From sequence record OR757453.1: DNA of 64,000 nucleotides. One strand, 5' to 3'. This DNA comes from Escherichia phage BYEP01. Positions within the stretch are counted from its first letter, which is position 1. Every line of letters starts with the position of its first letter. Positions 10,618-20,888 of the stretch are shown here, one piece after another. The translations under genes and the position numbers were made by a program. The notes under the pieces were generated by a model. The model searched no databases. It worked only from the letters and a program-made list of their open reading frames with translations, and had not been told where the DNA came from.

Positions 10618-11036
10618 TGGCTATTAAATTTGAAGTTAATAAATGGTATCAATTTAAAAATAAACAAGCTCAAGAAAATTTTATTAAAGACCATACTGAT
10701 AACGGAATCTATGCACGACGTTTAGGTATGGAACCTTTTAAAATTTTAGATGTTGACTATTACGGGCGTCCTACTAAAATTGTGACATCTACTGGCACAA
10801 TTGGATATTCAACATGTGGTACAGTCATTGACGAAAACTTTATCTGGCTCTCTTCTAACGAAGCTGGGTTCTTTGATGAAGTTGAAAATCCATATCAGGC
10901 TGCTGAAGAACAAGAGCAGGAAGAGCAAGAACAAATAGAAGATTTCACAGAATTCCCGGTAATGAAAGTTACTATTGAAAATAATGAACAAGCATGGTCT
11001 TTGTATCAGATGTTGAAAGCTCACTTTAAGGAATAA
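10617..11036 (+). CDS. hypothetical acidic protein (goF position)
   Basis: 139 aa; [10 protein letters not shown] stretch. Confidence 0.4.
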   Translation: MAIKFEVNKWYQFKNKQAQENFIKDHTDNGIYARRLGMEPFKILDVDYYGRPTKIVTSTGTIGYSTCGTVIDENFIWLSSNEAGFFDEVENPYQAAEEQEQEEQEQIEDFTEFPVMKVTIENNEQAWSLYQMLKAHFKE

Positions 11037-11038
11037 TT

Positions 11039-11215
11039 ATGCCTCTTTATGATTATAAATGTCAATCCAAAGACTGCGCAAAAGAATACGAAAAAATCAA
11101 GAAAATTTCTGAAAGGGATACTGATGTATGTCCTGATTGTCATCGGATTGCTATTCGGTTAGTTTCCGCTCCTAAGCATGTGAATGGTGGATTTTACGAC
11201 TTACTTAAAGGGTAA
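11039..11215 (+). CDS. zinc-ribbon protein (FmdB-like CxxC...CxxC)
   Basis: 58 aa; MPLYDYKCQSKDC ... CPDCH. Confidence 0.45.
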   Translation: MPLYDYKCQSKDCAKEYEKIKKISERDTDVCPDCHRIAIRLVSAPKHVNGGFYDLLKG

Positions 11216-11217
11216 TT

Positions 11218-11589
11218 ATGTTTAAAATCGGTAAGAAATATCGTGTTCGCGAAGGTGAAGAAAAGAAATATCTGCTTTCTTCTATTTATAGGAATGGTTC
11301 TATTAATGCTGTAATATCTACAAGCGAATTTATCGTTGAAGATATGAAAGGCCATAATGTTACAATGATTAGTACCGCATCTGGAAATGATGGAAAAATT
11401 CTTCACAGTTTTCAGAGTAATGTTCTAATTTATGATGAAGAATTTGACTTCTTCGAAGAAGTTCCCGAAAATTTTGATTTTGGATGCACTATCACTATGA
11501 AATCTGGCGACCCTCTTTCTTTTACAGTTAAAGATGAAAGAAGTCGCTTGAGAATTATTAGTCTTCTTCAAGCCATTAAATTTAAGTGA
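11218..11589 (+). CDS. hypothetical protein
   Basis: 123 aa ORF. Confidence 0.4.
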   Translation: MFKIGKKYRVREGEEKKYLLSSIYRNGSINAVISTSEFIVEDMKGHNVTMISTASGNDGKILHSFQSNVLIYDEEFDFFEEVPENFDFGCTITMKSGDPLSFTVKDERSRLRIISLLQAIKFK

Positions 11590-11594
11590 AAATT

Positions 11595-11855
11595 ATGAAA
11601 TATGTTAATCGTTCTATCGCGGCGTTAGTATTAGCAGTATCTTTAGTAGGATGTACTGATGCTGATAATGCAACCAAAGTTTTGTCTTCGAGTGGTTTTA
11701 CTAATATTGAAATCACTGGATACAATTGGTTCGGTTGTTCTGAAAATGATTTCCAACATACTGGATTTCGTGCTATTGGACCTACCGGGCAGAAAGTAGA
11801 AGGAACAGTATGTTCTGGTCTATTCTTCAAGGATTCGACTATCCGTTTTAAATAA
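11595..11855 (+). CDS. putative lipoprotein
   Basis: signal peptide and lipobox LVGC (MKYVNRSIAALVLAVSLVGCTD). Confidence 0.45.
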   Translation: MKYVNRSIAALVLAVSLVGCTDADNATKVLSSSGFTNIEITGYNWFGCSENDFQHTGFRAIGPTGQKVEGTVCSGLFFKDSTIRFK

Positions 11856-11873
11856 AAGGCCTTCGGGCCTTTA
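11856..11873 (+). terminator. UUCG-loop hairpin terminator
   Basis: AAGGCC-TTCG-GGCCTT then TT. Confidence 0.6.
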
Positions 11874-11924
11874 GCTTTATGATTACCGGAGTATAATATT
11901 CCCGAAACCAAACGAGGATAAGTG

Positions 11925-13742
11925 ATGATTAAGAATGAAATTAAAATTCTGAGCGATATTGAACATATCAAAAAGCGTAGCGGCATGTACATTGGCTCTT
12001 CAGCTAATGAAATGCATGAGCGCTTTCTGTTTGGTAAATGGGAAAGTGTTCAGTATGTACCTGGTCTTGTTAAGCTTATTGATGAAATTATCGATAACTC
12101 AGTAGATGAAGGTATTCGTACTAAGTTTAAATTCGCAAATAAAATTAATGTTACCATTAAAAATAATCAGGTAACAGTTGAAGATAACGGTCGTGGTATT
12201 CCACAAGCGATGGTTAAAACACCTACCGGTGAAGAAATTCCTGGTCCTGTTGCTGCCTGGACTATTCCAAAAGCAGGTGGTAACTTTGGTGATGATAAAG
12301 AACGCGTCACCGGCGGTATGAATGGTGTTGGTTCTAGTTTAACTAACATTTTTTCTGTGATGTTTGTCGGTGAAACTGGCGACGGTCAAAATAATATTGT
12401 AGTTCGTTGTTCAAATGGCATGGAAAATAAATCATGGGAAACTATTCCTGGAAAATGGAAAGGAACTCGCGTTACTTTCATTCCTGATTTTATGTCATTT
12501 GAAACTAATGAGCTATCTCAGGTTTATCTTGACATTACACTGGATCGTCTCCAGACACTTGCAGTAGTTTATCCTGATATTCAATTTACCTTTAATGGTA
12601 AAAAGGTTCAGGGTAATTTTAAGAAATATGCACGTCAATATGATGAACATGCTATCGTTCAAGAACAAGAAAACTGTTCTATTGCGGTTGGTCGTTCGCC
12701 GGATGGTTTTCGTCAATTAACATACGTCAATAACATTCATACTAAGAATGGTGGCCATCACATTGACTGTGTTATGGATGATATTTGTGAAGACCTTATT
12801 CCACAAATCAAACGTAAATTTAAAATTGACGTAACTAAAGCACGTGTTAAAGAATGTTTGACTATCGTTATGTTTGTTCGTGATATGAAAAACATGCGAT
12901 TTGATTCTCAAACTAAAGAACGACTTACTTCTCCTTTTGGTGAAATTCGTAGTCATATTCAGCTTGATGCTAAAAAGATTTCACGTGCTATTTTAAATAA
13001 TGAAGCAATTTTAATGCCAATTATTGAAGCTGCCTTGGCTCGTAAATTGGCGGCAGAAAAAGCAGCAGAAACTAAAGCAGCTAAAAAGGCTTCTAAAGCT
13101 AAGGTTCATAAACATATTAAAGCGAATCTTTGCGGTAAAGATGCTGATACTACTCTTTTCTTGACTGAGGGTGATTCTGCTATCGGATATCTTATTGATG
13201 TTCGTGATAAAGAACTTCATGGTGGTTATCCATTGCGCGGTAAAGTTCTTAATAGCTGGGGTATGTCATATGCTGATATGCTTAAAAACAAAGAACTGTT
13301 TGATATTTGCGCAATCACTGGATTAGTTCTTGGCGAAAAGGCAGAGAATACGAACTATCGTAATATTGCAATTATGACTGACGCAGATCACGACGGTCTT
13401 GGAAGTATCTATCCGGCTTTGCTTGCTTTCTTTAGTAATTGGCCTGAATTGTTTGAACAAGGACGTATTCGCTTTGTTAAAACGCCTGTAATTATTGCAC
13501 AAATTGGCAAAACTCAAAAATGGTTTTATACTGTAGCTGAGTATGAAGAAGCTAAAGATGCTCTACCTAAGCATAGTATTCGATACATCAAGGGATTGGG
13601 CTCACTTCAGCGGGATGAATATAAAGAAATGATTCAAAACCCTGTGTACGACGTAGTTAAACTTCCTGAAAATTGGAAAGAACTATTTGAAATGCTCATG
13701 GGTAACGACCCTGAACTCCGTAAAGATTGGATGCTAGGATAA
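11925..13742 (+). CDS. 39: DNA topoisomerase II large subunit gp39, contiguous (no gene 60 split)
   Basis: 605 aa continuous ORF; GHKL ATPase N-terminus; Toprim-like region with DHDG; no internal stop or coding gap. Confidence 0.9.
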   Translation: MIKNEIKILSDIEHIKKRSGMYIGSSANEMHERFLFGKWESVQYVPGLVKLIDEIIDNSVDEGIRTKFKFANKINVTIKNNQVTVEDNGRGIPQAMVKTPTGEEIPGPVAAWTIPKAGGNFGDDKERVTGGMNGVGSSLTNIFSVMFVGETGDGQNNIVVRCSNGMENKSWETIPGKWKGTRVTFIPDFMSFETNELSQVYLDITLDRLQTLAVVYPDIQFTFNGKKVQGNFKKYARQYDEHAIVQEQENCSIAVGRSPDGFRQLTYVNNIHTKNGGHHIDCVMDDICEDLIPQIKRKFKIDVTKARVKECLTIVMFVRDMKNMRFDSQTKERLTSPFGEIRSHIQLDAKKISRAILNNEAILMPIIEAALARKLAAEKAAETKAAKKASKAKVHKHIKANLCGKDADTTLFLTEGDSAIGYLIDVRDKELHGGYPLRGKVLNSWGMSYADMLKNKELFDICAITGLVLGEKAENTNYRNIAIMTDADHDGLGSIYPALLAFFSNWPELFEQGRIRFVKTPVIIAQIGKTQKWFYTVAEYEEAKDALPKHSIRYIKGLGSLQRDEYKEMIQNPVYDVVKLPENWKELFEMLMGNDPELRKDWMLG

Positions 13743-14539
13743 TGAATTATCGTAAAATTTATGATAAACTTATCGCTGCGGCTAAAAACCGCAGCACTAT
13801 TCCTAATTATACTGAAACTCACCATATTTTGCCTAAATCTATGGGCGGGAGTAATGCTAAATCAAATCTAGTTAAAATGACCCCTAGAGAGCATTTTATC
13901 GCCCATTTATTGCTTTATAAAATTCATAAGAACCGTTCTATGCTTATGGCTATTAGAGCTTTTTACATGGGAGCTAGAAATTCTAGAGATTATGATTGGC
14001 TTAAACAAGAATTCTCTAAAGAGCACTCTAGATTTATGAAAGAATGGATTGCTAAAAATGGCAACCCATTTAAAGGTAAAAAACATACTAAAGCAACAAG
14101 AGAATTAATGTCACATATTGCTTCACAACGTATAGGCGAATTAAATCCATTTTATGGTAAAACTCATACGCAAGAAGCAATAGATAAAATAATACAGGCT
14201 AACAAGTTATCTTGGGAGAATGGGCGAAAAGCACCTGTAAAAACAAAAGAACACCAGGATAAAATAACTAAATCAAGAATGGAAACATTTAAAACAAAAG
14301 GATTTAAACCATACACTCCTAGGTCAGAAGAAACTAAAGCTAAGACTAGAGAGTTGTATAAATCTAAATATGAAAGAAGGCCTATAAGAATCACAAGTGT
14401 AAAAACAGGTGAAACTATTGATTTTAACTATCTTTATGAATTAAGGGAGTATTTAGATATAGGGTCTTCTAATATATTGAAAGCATTAAATAATCCTAAC
14501 AGAACCTGCAAAGGTTATAAAATGTGTTGGATGTCCTAA
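13742..14539 (+). CDS. HNH homing endonuclease (MobA-like, with NUMOD-like repeats)
   Basis: 265 aa; HNH core ETHHILPKSMGGSNAKSNLVKMTPREH; ATG overlaps the gene 39 stop (TAATG). Confidence 0.75.
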   Translation: MNYRKIYDKLIAAAKNRSTIPNYTETHHILPKSMGGSNAKSNLVKMTPREHFIAHLLLYKIHKNRSMLMAIRAFYMGARNSRDYDWLKQEFSKEHSRFMKEWIAKNGNPFKGKKHTKATRELMSHIASQRIGELNPFYGKTHTQEAIDKIIQANKLSWENGRKAPVKTKEHQDKITKSRMETFKTKGFKPYTPRSEETKAKTRELYKSKYERRPIRITSVKTGETIDFNYLYELREYLDIGSSNILKALNNPNRTCKGYKMCWMS

Positions 14540-14561
14540 GCTCCTTCGGGAGCTTCATTTT
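14539..14561 (+). terminator. UUCG-loop hairpin terminator
   Basis: AGCTCC-TTCG-GGAGCT then TCATTTT. Confidence 0.6.
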
Positions 14562-14656
14562 AATTTTAATAAGGCTTAATTATGAAAGTTATGTTTATCC
14601 CATCTCGTGCAGTCCCATTTAATCCTGACCTTCGTAAAGAATGGATGAGCCAATAG

Positions 14657-14685
14657 TTTACTTTACCACAAGGATGTGGTATAAT
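14657..14685 (+). promoter_or_regulatory. early promoter
   Basis: GTTTAC, 17-nt spacer, TATAAT. Confidence 0.65.
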
Positions 14686-14710
14686 TAATTGGGCAAATGA
14701 GGATATTGAA

Positions 14711-14914
14711 ATGAAATCATATAGAGTAAATTTAGAACTTTTTGATAAAGCAGTTCATCGAGAATATAGAATCATTCAACGCTTTTTCGATATGGGAGAA
14801 GCCGAAGAGTTTAAAAACCGCTTTAAGGATATTAGAGATAAAATTCAATCCGACACTGCAACTAAAGACGAACTACTAGAAGTTGCTGAAGTTATTAAGC
14901 GTAATATGAATTAA
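14711..14914 (+). CDS. hypothetical protein (rIIA.1 position)
   Basis: 67 aa ORF. Confidence 0.4.
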   Translation: MKSYRVNLELFDKAVHREYRIIQRFFDMGEAEEFKNRFKDIRDKIQSDTATKDELLEVAEVIKRNMN

Positions 14915-14924
14915 TGAGGAAATT

Positions 14925-17102
14925 ATGATTATCACCACTGAAAAAGAAACAATTCTTGGTAATGGTTCTAAATCAAAAGCATTTAGCATCACAGCATCTC
15001 CTAAAGTATTTAAAATTCTATCATCTGATTTGTATACAAACAAGATTCGCGCAGTAGTCCGTGAATTGATTACTAATATGATTGATGCCCATGCTCTTAA
15101 TGGAAATCCTGAAAAATTTATCATTCAAGTTCCTGGACGTTTAGATCCACGATTTGTTTGCCGAGATTTTGGTCCGGGTATGAGTGATTTTGATATTCAG
15201 GGTGATGATAATTCTCCTGGTTTGTATAATTCATACTTCAGTTCATCTAAGGCTGAATCTAACGATTTCATTGGCGGATTTGGTTTAGGTTCTAAATCTC
15301 CGTTTAGTTATACTGATACATTTAGTATTACTTCATATCATAAAGGTGAAATTCGTGGTTATGTAGCTTACATGGATGGTGACGGTCCACAGATTAAACC
15401 TACATTCGTAAAAGAAATGGGTCCAAATGATAAAACTGGTATTGAAATCGTAGTTCCAGTTGAAGAAAAAGACTTTAGAAACTTTGCTTATGAAGTTTCT
15501 TATATCATGCGACCATTCAAAGATTTGGCTATCATTAATGGTCTTGACCGCGAAATTGATTATTTTCCGGATTTTGATGACTATTACGGTGTAAATCCAG
15601 AAAGATACTGGCCAGATCGCGGTGGATTATATGCTATCTATGGTGGTATTGTTTATCCTATCGATGGCGTTATTAGAGACCGTAACTGGTTAAGCATCCG
15701 CAATGAAGTGAATTACATTAAGTTTCCAATGGGTTCACTTGATATTGCCCCATCGCGTGAGGCTCTTTCATTAGATGATCGTACTCGTAAAAATATTATT
15801 GAGCGTGTTAAAGAGCTCAGTGAGCAGGCATTTAATGAAGATGTAAAACGATTTAAAGAATCTACATCTCCTCGTCATACATATCGCGAATTAATGAAGA
15901 TGGGATATTCTGCTCGAGATTATATGATTAGTAATTCAGTCAAATTCACGACTAAAAATCTGTCATATAAGAAGATGCAAAGCATGTTTGAACCTGACAG
16001 TAAGTTATGCAATGCAGGGGTTGTGTATGAAGTAAATCTTGACCCTCGACTGAAACGCATTAAGCAAAGCCATGAAACTTCAGCCGTTGCATCAAGTTAT
16101 CGTCTGTTTGGTATTAATACGACAAAAATTAATATTGTTATTGATAATACTAAAAATCGTGTTAATATTGTCCGTGGATTAGCACGTGCATTAGATGATA
16201 GCGAATTTAATAACACCTTAAATATTCATCACAATGAGCGGCTTCTGTTTATTAATCCAGAAGTAGAATCGCAGATTGATTTGCTTCCTGATATTATGGC
16301 AATGTTTGAAAGTGATGAAGTTAACATTCATTATTTGTCAGAAATCGAAGCTTTAGTTAAAAGTTATATTCCAAAGGCAGTAAAAAGTACAGCTCCTCGT
16401 CCTAAAACTGCTACTGCATTTAAGTTTGAAATTAAAGACGGGCGCTGGGAAAAAGAGGAATTGTTTACACTTACGTCAGAAGCAGATGAAATTACTGGTT
16501 ATGTAGCATACATGCATCGTTCTGATATTTTCTCTATGGATGGTACTACATCGCTTTGTCATCCATCTACGAATATTTTGATTCGTATGGCTAATCTTAT
16601 TGGCATTAATGAATTTTATGTTATTCGTCCACTTTTACAGAAAAAGGTAAAAGAACTTGGTCAGTGCCAATGTATTTTTGAAACTTTGCGTGATTTATAT
16701 GTAGATGCTTTTGATGATGTAGATTATGATAAGTATGTAGGTTATTCAAGTTCAGCTAAACGATATATTGATAAAATTATCAAGTATCCTGAGTTAGATT
16801 TTATGATGAAGTACTTCAGTGTAGATGAAGTTTCTGAAGAATATACACGACTCGCTAATATGGTTAGTTCATTACAGGGTGTATATTTTAATGGTGGAAA
16901 AGGTACCATTGGTCATGACATCTGGACAGTAACTAATCTTTTTGAAACACTATCATATAATGCTTCAAAAAACAGTGATAAAATGGTTGCTGAGTTTACC
17001 AAGAAATTCCGTATTGTTTCCGACTTCATCGGTTATCGCAATTCTTTAAGTGATGATGAAGTTTCCCAAATCGCTAAAACTATGAAGGCCCTTGCGGCCT
17101 AA
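14925..17102 (+). CDS. rIIA: rIIA protein
   Basis: 725 aa; GHKL-type ATPase-like N-terminus; length matches T4 rIIA. Confidence 0.9.
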   Translation: MIITTEKETILGNGSKSKAFSITASPKVFKILSSDLYTNKIRAVVRELITNMIDAHALNGNPEKFIIQVPGRLDPRFVCRDFGPGMSDFDIQGDDNSPGLYNSYFSSSKAESNDFIGGFGLGSKSPFSYTDTFSITSYHKGEIRGYVAYMDGDGPQIKPTFVKEMGPNDKTGIEIVVPVEEKDFRNFAYEVSYIMRPFKDLAIINGLDREIDYFPDFDDYYGVNPERYWPDRGGLYAIYGGIVYPIDGVIRDRNWLSIRNEVNYIKFPMGSLDIAPSREALSLDDRTRKNIIERVKELSEQAFNEDVKRFKESTSPRHTYRELMKMGYSARDYMISNSVKFTTKNLSYKKMQSMFEPDSKLCNAGVVYEVNLDPRLKRIKQSHETSAVASSYRLFGINTTKINIVIDNTKNRVNIVRGLARALDDSEFNNTLNIHHNERLLFINPEVESQIDLLPDIMAMFESDEVNIHYLSEIEALVKSYIPKAVKSTAPRPKTATAFKFEIKDGRWEKEELFTLTSEADEITGYVAYMHRSDIFSMDGTTSLCHPSTNILIRMANLIGINEFYVIRPLLQKKVKELGQCQCIFETLRDLYVDAFDDVDYDKYVGYSSSAKRYIDKIIKYPELDFMMKYFSVDEVSEEYTRLANMVSSLQGVYFNGGKGTIGHDIWTVTNLFETLSYNASKNSDKMVAEFTKKFRIVSDFIGYRNSLSDDEVSQIAKTMKALAA

Positions 17103-17113
17103 TAAGGAAAATT

Positions 17114-18053
17114 ATGTACAATATTAAATGCCTGACCAAAAACGAACAAGCTGAAATTGTCAAACTGTATTCAAGTGGTAATTACACCCAACAGGAATTG
17201 GCTGATTGGCAAGGTGTATCGGTGGACACAATCCGTCGTGTTTTGAAAAATGCTGAAGAAGCTGAGCGCTCCAAAGTTACCATTAGCGGTGACATTACAG
17301 TTACAGTTAAGAGCGATGCAGCTATTGCTCCAGTTGCTAAATCTGACATTATTTGGAATGCATCTAAAAAATTCATTTCAATTACTGTTGACGGTGTAAC
17401 TTATAACGCAACTCCTAATACTCATTCAAACTTCCAAGAAATTCTTAATCTGCTTGTTGCAGATAAATTGGAAGAAGCGGCGCAAAAAATTAACGTTCGT
17501 CGCGCTGTTGAAAAATATATTTCCGGTGATGTTCGAATTGAAGGTGGAAGCTTGTTCTATCAAAATATTGAATTGCGGTCTGGTTTAGTTGATCGTATTC
17601 TCGATTCGATGGAAAAAGGTGAAAACTTTGAATTTTATTTTCCGTTCCTGGAAAATCTGTTAGAAAACCCAAGCCAAAAAGCGGTAATCTCGACTCTTTG
17701 ATTTCTTGGTAGCAAACGATATTGAAATTACAGAAGACGGTTACTTCTATGCTTGGAAAGTAGTTCGCAGTAATTACTTTGACTGCCATTCAAATACTTT
17801 TGATAACAGTCCTGGTAAAGTAGTTAAAATGCCACGTACTCGTGTGAATGACGATGATACACAAACTTGTTCTCGTGGTCTGCATGTGTGTTCTAAATCT
17901 TATATTCGTCACTTTGGCAGTTCAACCAGCCGAGTTGTAAAAGTTAAAGTACATCCTCGCGATGTAGTATCAATTCCGATTGATTACAACGATGCTAAAA
18001 TGCGTACCTGCCAATACGAAGTAGTTGAAGACGTTACTGAACAATTCAAATAA
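17114..18053 (+). pseudogene. rIIB: rIIB interrupted by an apparent +1 frameshift (ORFs 17114..17701 and 17706..18053)
   Basis: 195 aa and 115 aa ORFs in adjacent frames; joining the frames near 17686 gives exactly 312 aa, the T4 rIIB length. Confidence 0.7.
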
Positions 18054-18066
18054 GGGCTTCGGCCCT
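18053..18066 (+). other. UUCG-loop RNA hairpin (no T-run)
   Basis: AGGGC-TTCG-GCCCT directly after the rIIB stop. Confidence 0.5.
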
Positions 18067-18081
18067 TAACTAAGGAAAATT

Positions 18082-18276
18082 ATGTTAGGTTATCAAGCAC
18101 GAGTAAAAGAAGAATACGATCAATTAATGCTCAAAATTAATGCACTGAGCAAATTTTTAGAAAGCACAAAGTTTCTAACGATTAATGAAGTCGAGCAAGA
18201 ATTACTGCTTTCACAGTTCATCTCAATGAAATCTTACGCAGATTGTTTAGAGAAAAGAATTGCACAATTCAAATAA
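18082..18276 (+). CDS. hypothetical protein
   Basis: 64 aa ORF flanked by two near-identical hairpins. Confidence 0.4.
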   Translation: MLGYQARVKEEYDQLMLKINALSKFLESTKFLTINEVEQELLLSQFISMKSYADCLEKRIAQFK

Positions 18277-18280
18277 AATA

Positions 18281-18304
18281 AAGGGCTTCGGCCCTTTTGT
18301 TTTA
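18281..18304 (+). terminator. UUCG-loop hairpin terminator
   Basis: AAGGGC-TTCG-GCCCTT then TTGTTTT. Confidence 0.7.
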
Positions 18305-18362
18305 AGGGAAACTATGATTTATTATATTAACATCAGTGATTCCGACGTAAAAGGAAAGTTTA

Positions 18363-18920
18363 ATGCAGAAAACGAATCCGGGTTTACAGAGACTATTTCA
18401 GATTCCGACATTTACCCTATCGAACAGTGACTTGACTAGTGAAATGAAGGTCAAAATTGCTGATACAGCAAGATACTCTTTAAAACAAAATCCAAATCAG
18501 GATAAAGCAGAAGTTATCGAAAGATGCCGTATCGCGGTGTACGCAGAGTTTTTTGTAGCAGATTGGCTAAGCGGGTATGTTAACAAAGGCCAAGAGGATG
18601 TTAATGACCCGTATACATACGCATGGGATGTATTGGCGCATCCAAGATATTGCGGGCTTCGTGTAGAAGTTAAGACACACCAAACTGACTCACGTTGGAT
18701 TTCGGTAACAACCGGATGCAGCGGAGAGTATCCATACGGTTCTGGAATAAATCTAGGGCCCATTCTGAATCACCAAGTCGCTGACTGTATAATTATATTC
18801 AACACTAAAGAAATTCATCCAGGTGTCATCCAGTACACTCCGAAGTTCATCGGTGATAGAGAAGACCTTCGTAAGGTTGTAAGAAAAAGCAACTACAACG
18901 GATGGTATCTTTCCATTTAA
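18363..18920 (+). CDS. denB: endonuclease IV DenB
   Basis: 185 aa; length and position match T4 denB. Confidence 0.75.
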   Translation: MQKTNPGLQRLFQIPTFTLSNSDLTSEMKVKIADTARYSLKQNPNQDKAEVIERCRIAVYAEFFVADWLSGYVNKGQEDVNDPYTYAWDVLAHPRYCGLRVEVKTHQTDSRWISVTTGCSGEYPYGSGINLGPILNHQVADCIIIFNTKEIHPGVIQYTPKFIGDREDLRKVVRKSNYNGWYLSI

Positions 18921-18936
18921 AAATTTTCATAAAACG

Positions 18937-18967
18937 GTTTACATACCACAAGGACTGTGGTACTATA
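18937..18967 (+). promoter_or_regulatory. early promoter
   Basis: GTTTAC ... TGTGGTACTAT. Confidence 0.55.
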
Positions 18968-19000
18968 CAACTATCAACTGATACAGATTTGGAGAATAAA

Positions 19001-19207
19001 ATGTTTACTACAGCTGAATTAAAACGAGCAAAAGCTAAGAAAGGGCAAGGAAAATATAAAGCTGAATTAGTCAAAGAACTTCAGTTTGCTGAGGCTGAAT
19101 TGAATTCAATGATTATTCAAAATGCCCCAGAAACTGAAATTGCTCTTAAGCGTATTGCGAATAAGTGTCTTCGTGATGCAATCGTCGATCTTTTAGCGGA
19201 TTATTGA
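19001..19207 (+). CDS. hypothetical protein
   Basis: 68 aa from ATG with GGAGAATAAA RBS. Confidence 0.4.
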   Translation: MFTTAELKRAKAKKGQGKYKAELVKELQFAEAELNSMIIQNAPETEIALKRIANKCLRDAIVDLLADY

Positions 19208-19476
19208 GTAAAATGAAATTTAAATTTTATTACGCTAAACATAAAATAACTGATGAGTTTGTGTCAGTTGAATATTCTAGCGATGATGAAGGTATGATTT
19301 ATACTCGCTTGGGACTATCGCATTGGGAGTCTGATACGCCTTATTTTTCAACTCCCGAAGAAATTACACGTTTAGTTAATGGTCATATGAATGACCACTG
19401 GAATGTAATTCTTTCAGATAGTCTTAAAGCGGCTATTAATAGTAATGAAATGAAAATCGCTGAGATTGAACTATGA
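19204..19476 (+). CDS. hypothetical protein
   Basis: 90 aa ORF. Confidence 0.4.
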   Translation: MSKMKFKFYYAKHKITDEFVSVEYSSDDEGMIYTRLGLSHWESDTPYFSTPEEITRLVNGHMNDHWNVILSDSLKAAINSNEMKIAEIEL

Positions 19477-19661
19477 GTTCATTATGGTGGTGTTTTGTTT
19501 GGTTAATTAGTATTCCATTAATTTGTTTAGTATTTACTTTTGTGATGAGGTTATTATGAAAATTTTGAATTCTGTACTTATTGCTTGTGCATGGTGGGTT
19601 GCGCAAGTTTCAGCAGTAGTAGTTGGTATTCACATTTATTACGAATATTTTTAAAAAAGTT

Positions 19662-19691
19662 GTTTACAAGACTGTTCCTCTGTGGTATTAT
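19662..19691 (+). promoter_or_regulatory. early promoter
   Basis: GTTTAC ... TGTGGTATTAT. Confidence 0.55.
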
Positions 19692-19719
19692 TACCCTATC
19701 AACTACGGAGGAACAGAAA

Positions 19720-19833
19720 ATGAAAAAGATTGTTAAAGCTATATGGAATGTAGTTATAATACTAATAGTTTTGAGTATATTCCCAATCGTTTTAATGATT
19801 GATGTATTAAACGCTTACTTTGGATTTATGTGA
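19720..19833 (+). CDS. small hydrophobic membrane peptide
   Basis: 37 aa; single predicted transmembrane helix. Confidence 0.35.
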   Translation: MKKIVKAIWNVVIILIVLSIFPIVLMIDVLNAYFGFM

Positions 19834-19840
19834 GGAAAAT

Positions 19841-20038
19841 ATGAAGCGTAAACGCAGTGCTTTTACATTTATGGAATGGTTTTTCGATAATATTTTTCCA
19901 GCTTTATTCATTTTCATGCTGATTTTCGCCTTGGGTTCAGTTGTGGTTGGAATCTATTTGATGGCAGTTGTCGGAATGGATATTCACCAAAATGGTTTGA
20001 AATCTGTGGTTGAAACAATTTGGAATGGCGTAAAATGA
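19841..20038 (+). CDS. small membrane protein
   Basis: 65 aa with hydrophobic core; GAGGAAAAT RBS. Confidence 0.4.
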   Translation: MKRKRSAFTFMEWFFDNIFPALFIFMLIFALGSVVVGIYLMAVVGMDIHQNGLKSVVETIWNGVK

Positions 20039-20153
20039 TGAATTTGCTGAGTGGTTGGTTTTATATTCTTATGTTTTACATTGGCGCAAATTTCCCATAT
20101 TGGATGGGATGGTCAACAACTGCATTTGGATTTTATACTCCTTGAGGTGAATT

Positions 20154-20369
20154 ATGAAAATCTTTAAAGATGTAAAAGTTGGTGAAATTTTTTGCTTAGA
20201 TAGCGGTGATCAGTTAATTCGTATTTCACCTCTTAAGAGCACTAGCGAGAAAATGACAGTTAATGCTACTTTAGCAAACAATAGCAATGAACGTTTCTGT
20301 ATTGAAAATGATACTGAAACTTATACTGTAGAAGAGTTCTGGGAATTAAGCGTCGACTGCGACGATTAA
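20154..20369 (+). CDS. hypothetical protein
   Basis: 71 aa ORF. Confidence 0.35.
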   Translation: MKIFKDVKVGEIFCLDSGDQLIRISPLKSTSEKMTVNATLANNSNERFCIENDTETYTVEEFWELSVDCDD

Positions 20370-20429
20370 TTTAATGGCCGTGTGTATTCATGCGGCCTTG
20401 GAGTAGAAAATAATTTAGAGGAAATTAAT

Positions 20430-20888
20430 ATGAAATATATGACTGTTACTGATCTGAACAATGCAGGCGCTACCGTTATTGGTACAATCAAGAACGGTGA
20501 ATGGGTTTTTGGAACTCCACATAAAGACATTTTGTCTAACCCTGGATTTTACTTTTTAGTAGGTAAATTAGATGGTCGTCTATTTAGTAATCCATGTGTG
20601 TCTGCACGATTTTATGTAGGTAATCAACGTTCTAAGCAAGGATTCAGCGCAGTTCTAAGTCATATTCGTCAACGTCGGTCTCAGCTTGCGCGTACTATTG
20701 CAAATAACAATGTTCCATACGCGGTATTTTATTTACCTGCTTCTAAGATGAAACCTCTGACGACGGGATTTGGAAAAGGTCAGTTAGCTTTGGCGTTTAC
20801 TCGTAATCATCATTCTGAGTATCAAACGCTTGAAGAAATGAATCGTATGTTGGCTGATAACTTTAAATTTGTTTTGCAGGCATACTAA
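20430..20888 (+). CDS. ndd: nucleoid disruption protein Ndd
   Basis: 152 aa from ATG after GAGGAAATTAAT; length and position fit T4 ndd. Confidence 0.6.

Noticed and set aside
11925-13742. Possible gene 60-type translational bypass element in the topoisomerase gene
   Set aside because: The ORF is continuous across the region corresponding to the T4 39/60 junction; no internal stop or 50-nt gap is present.
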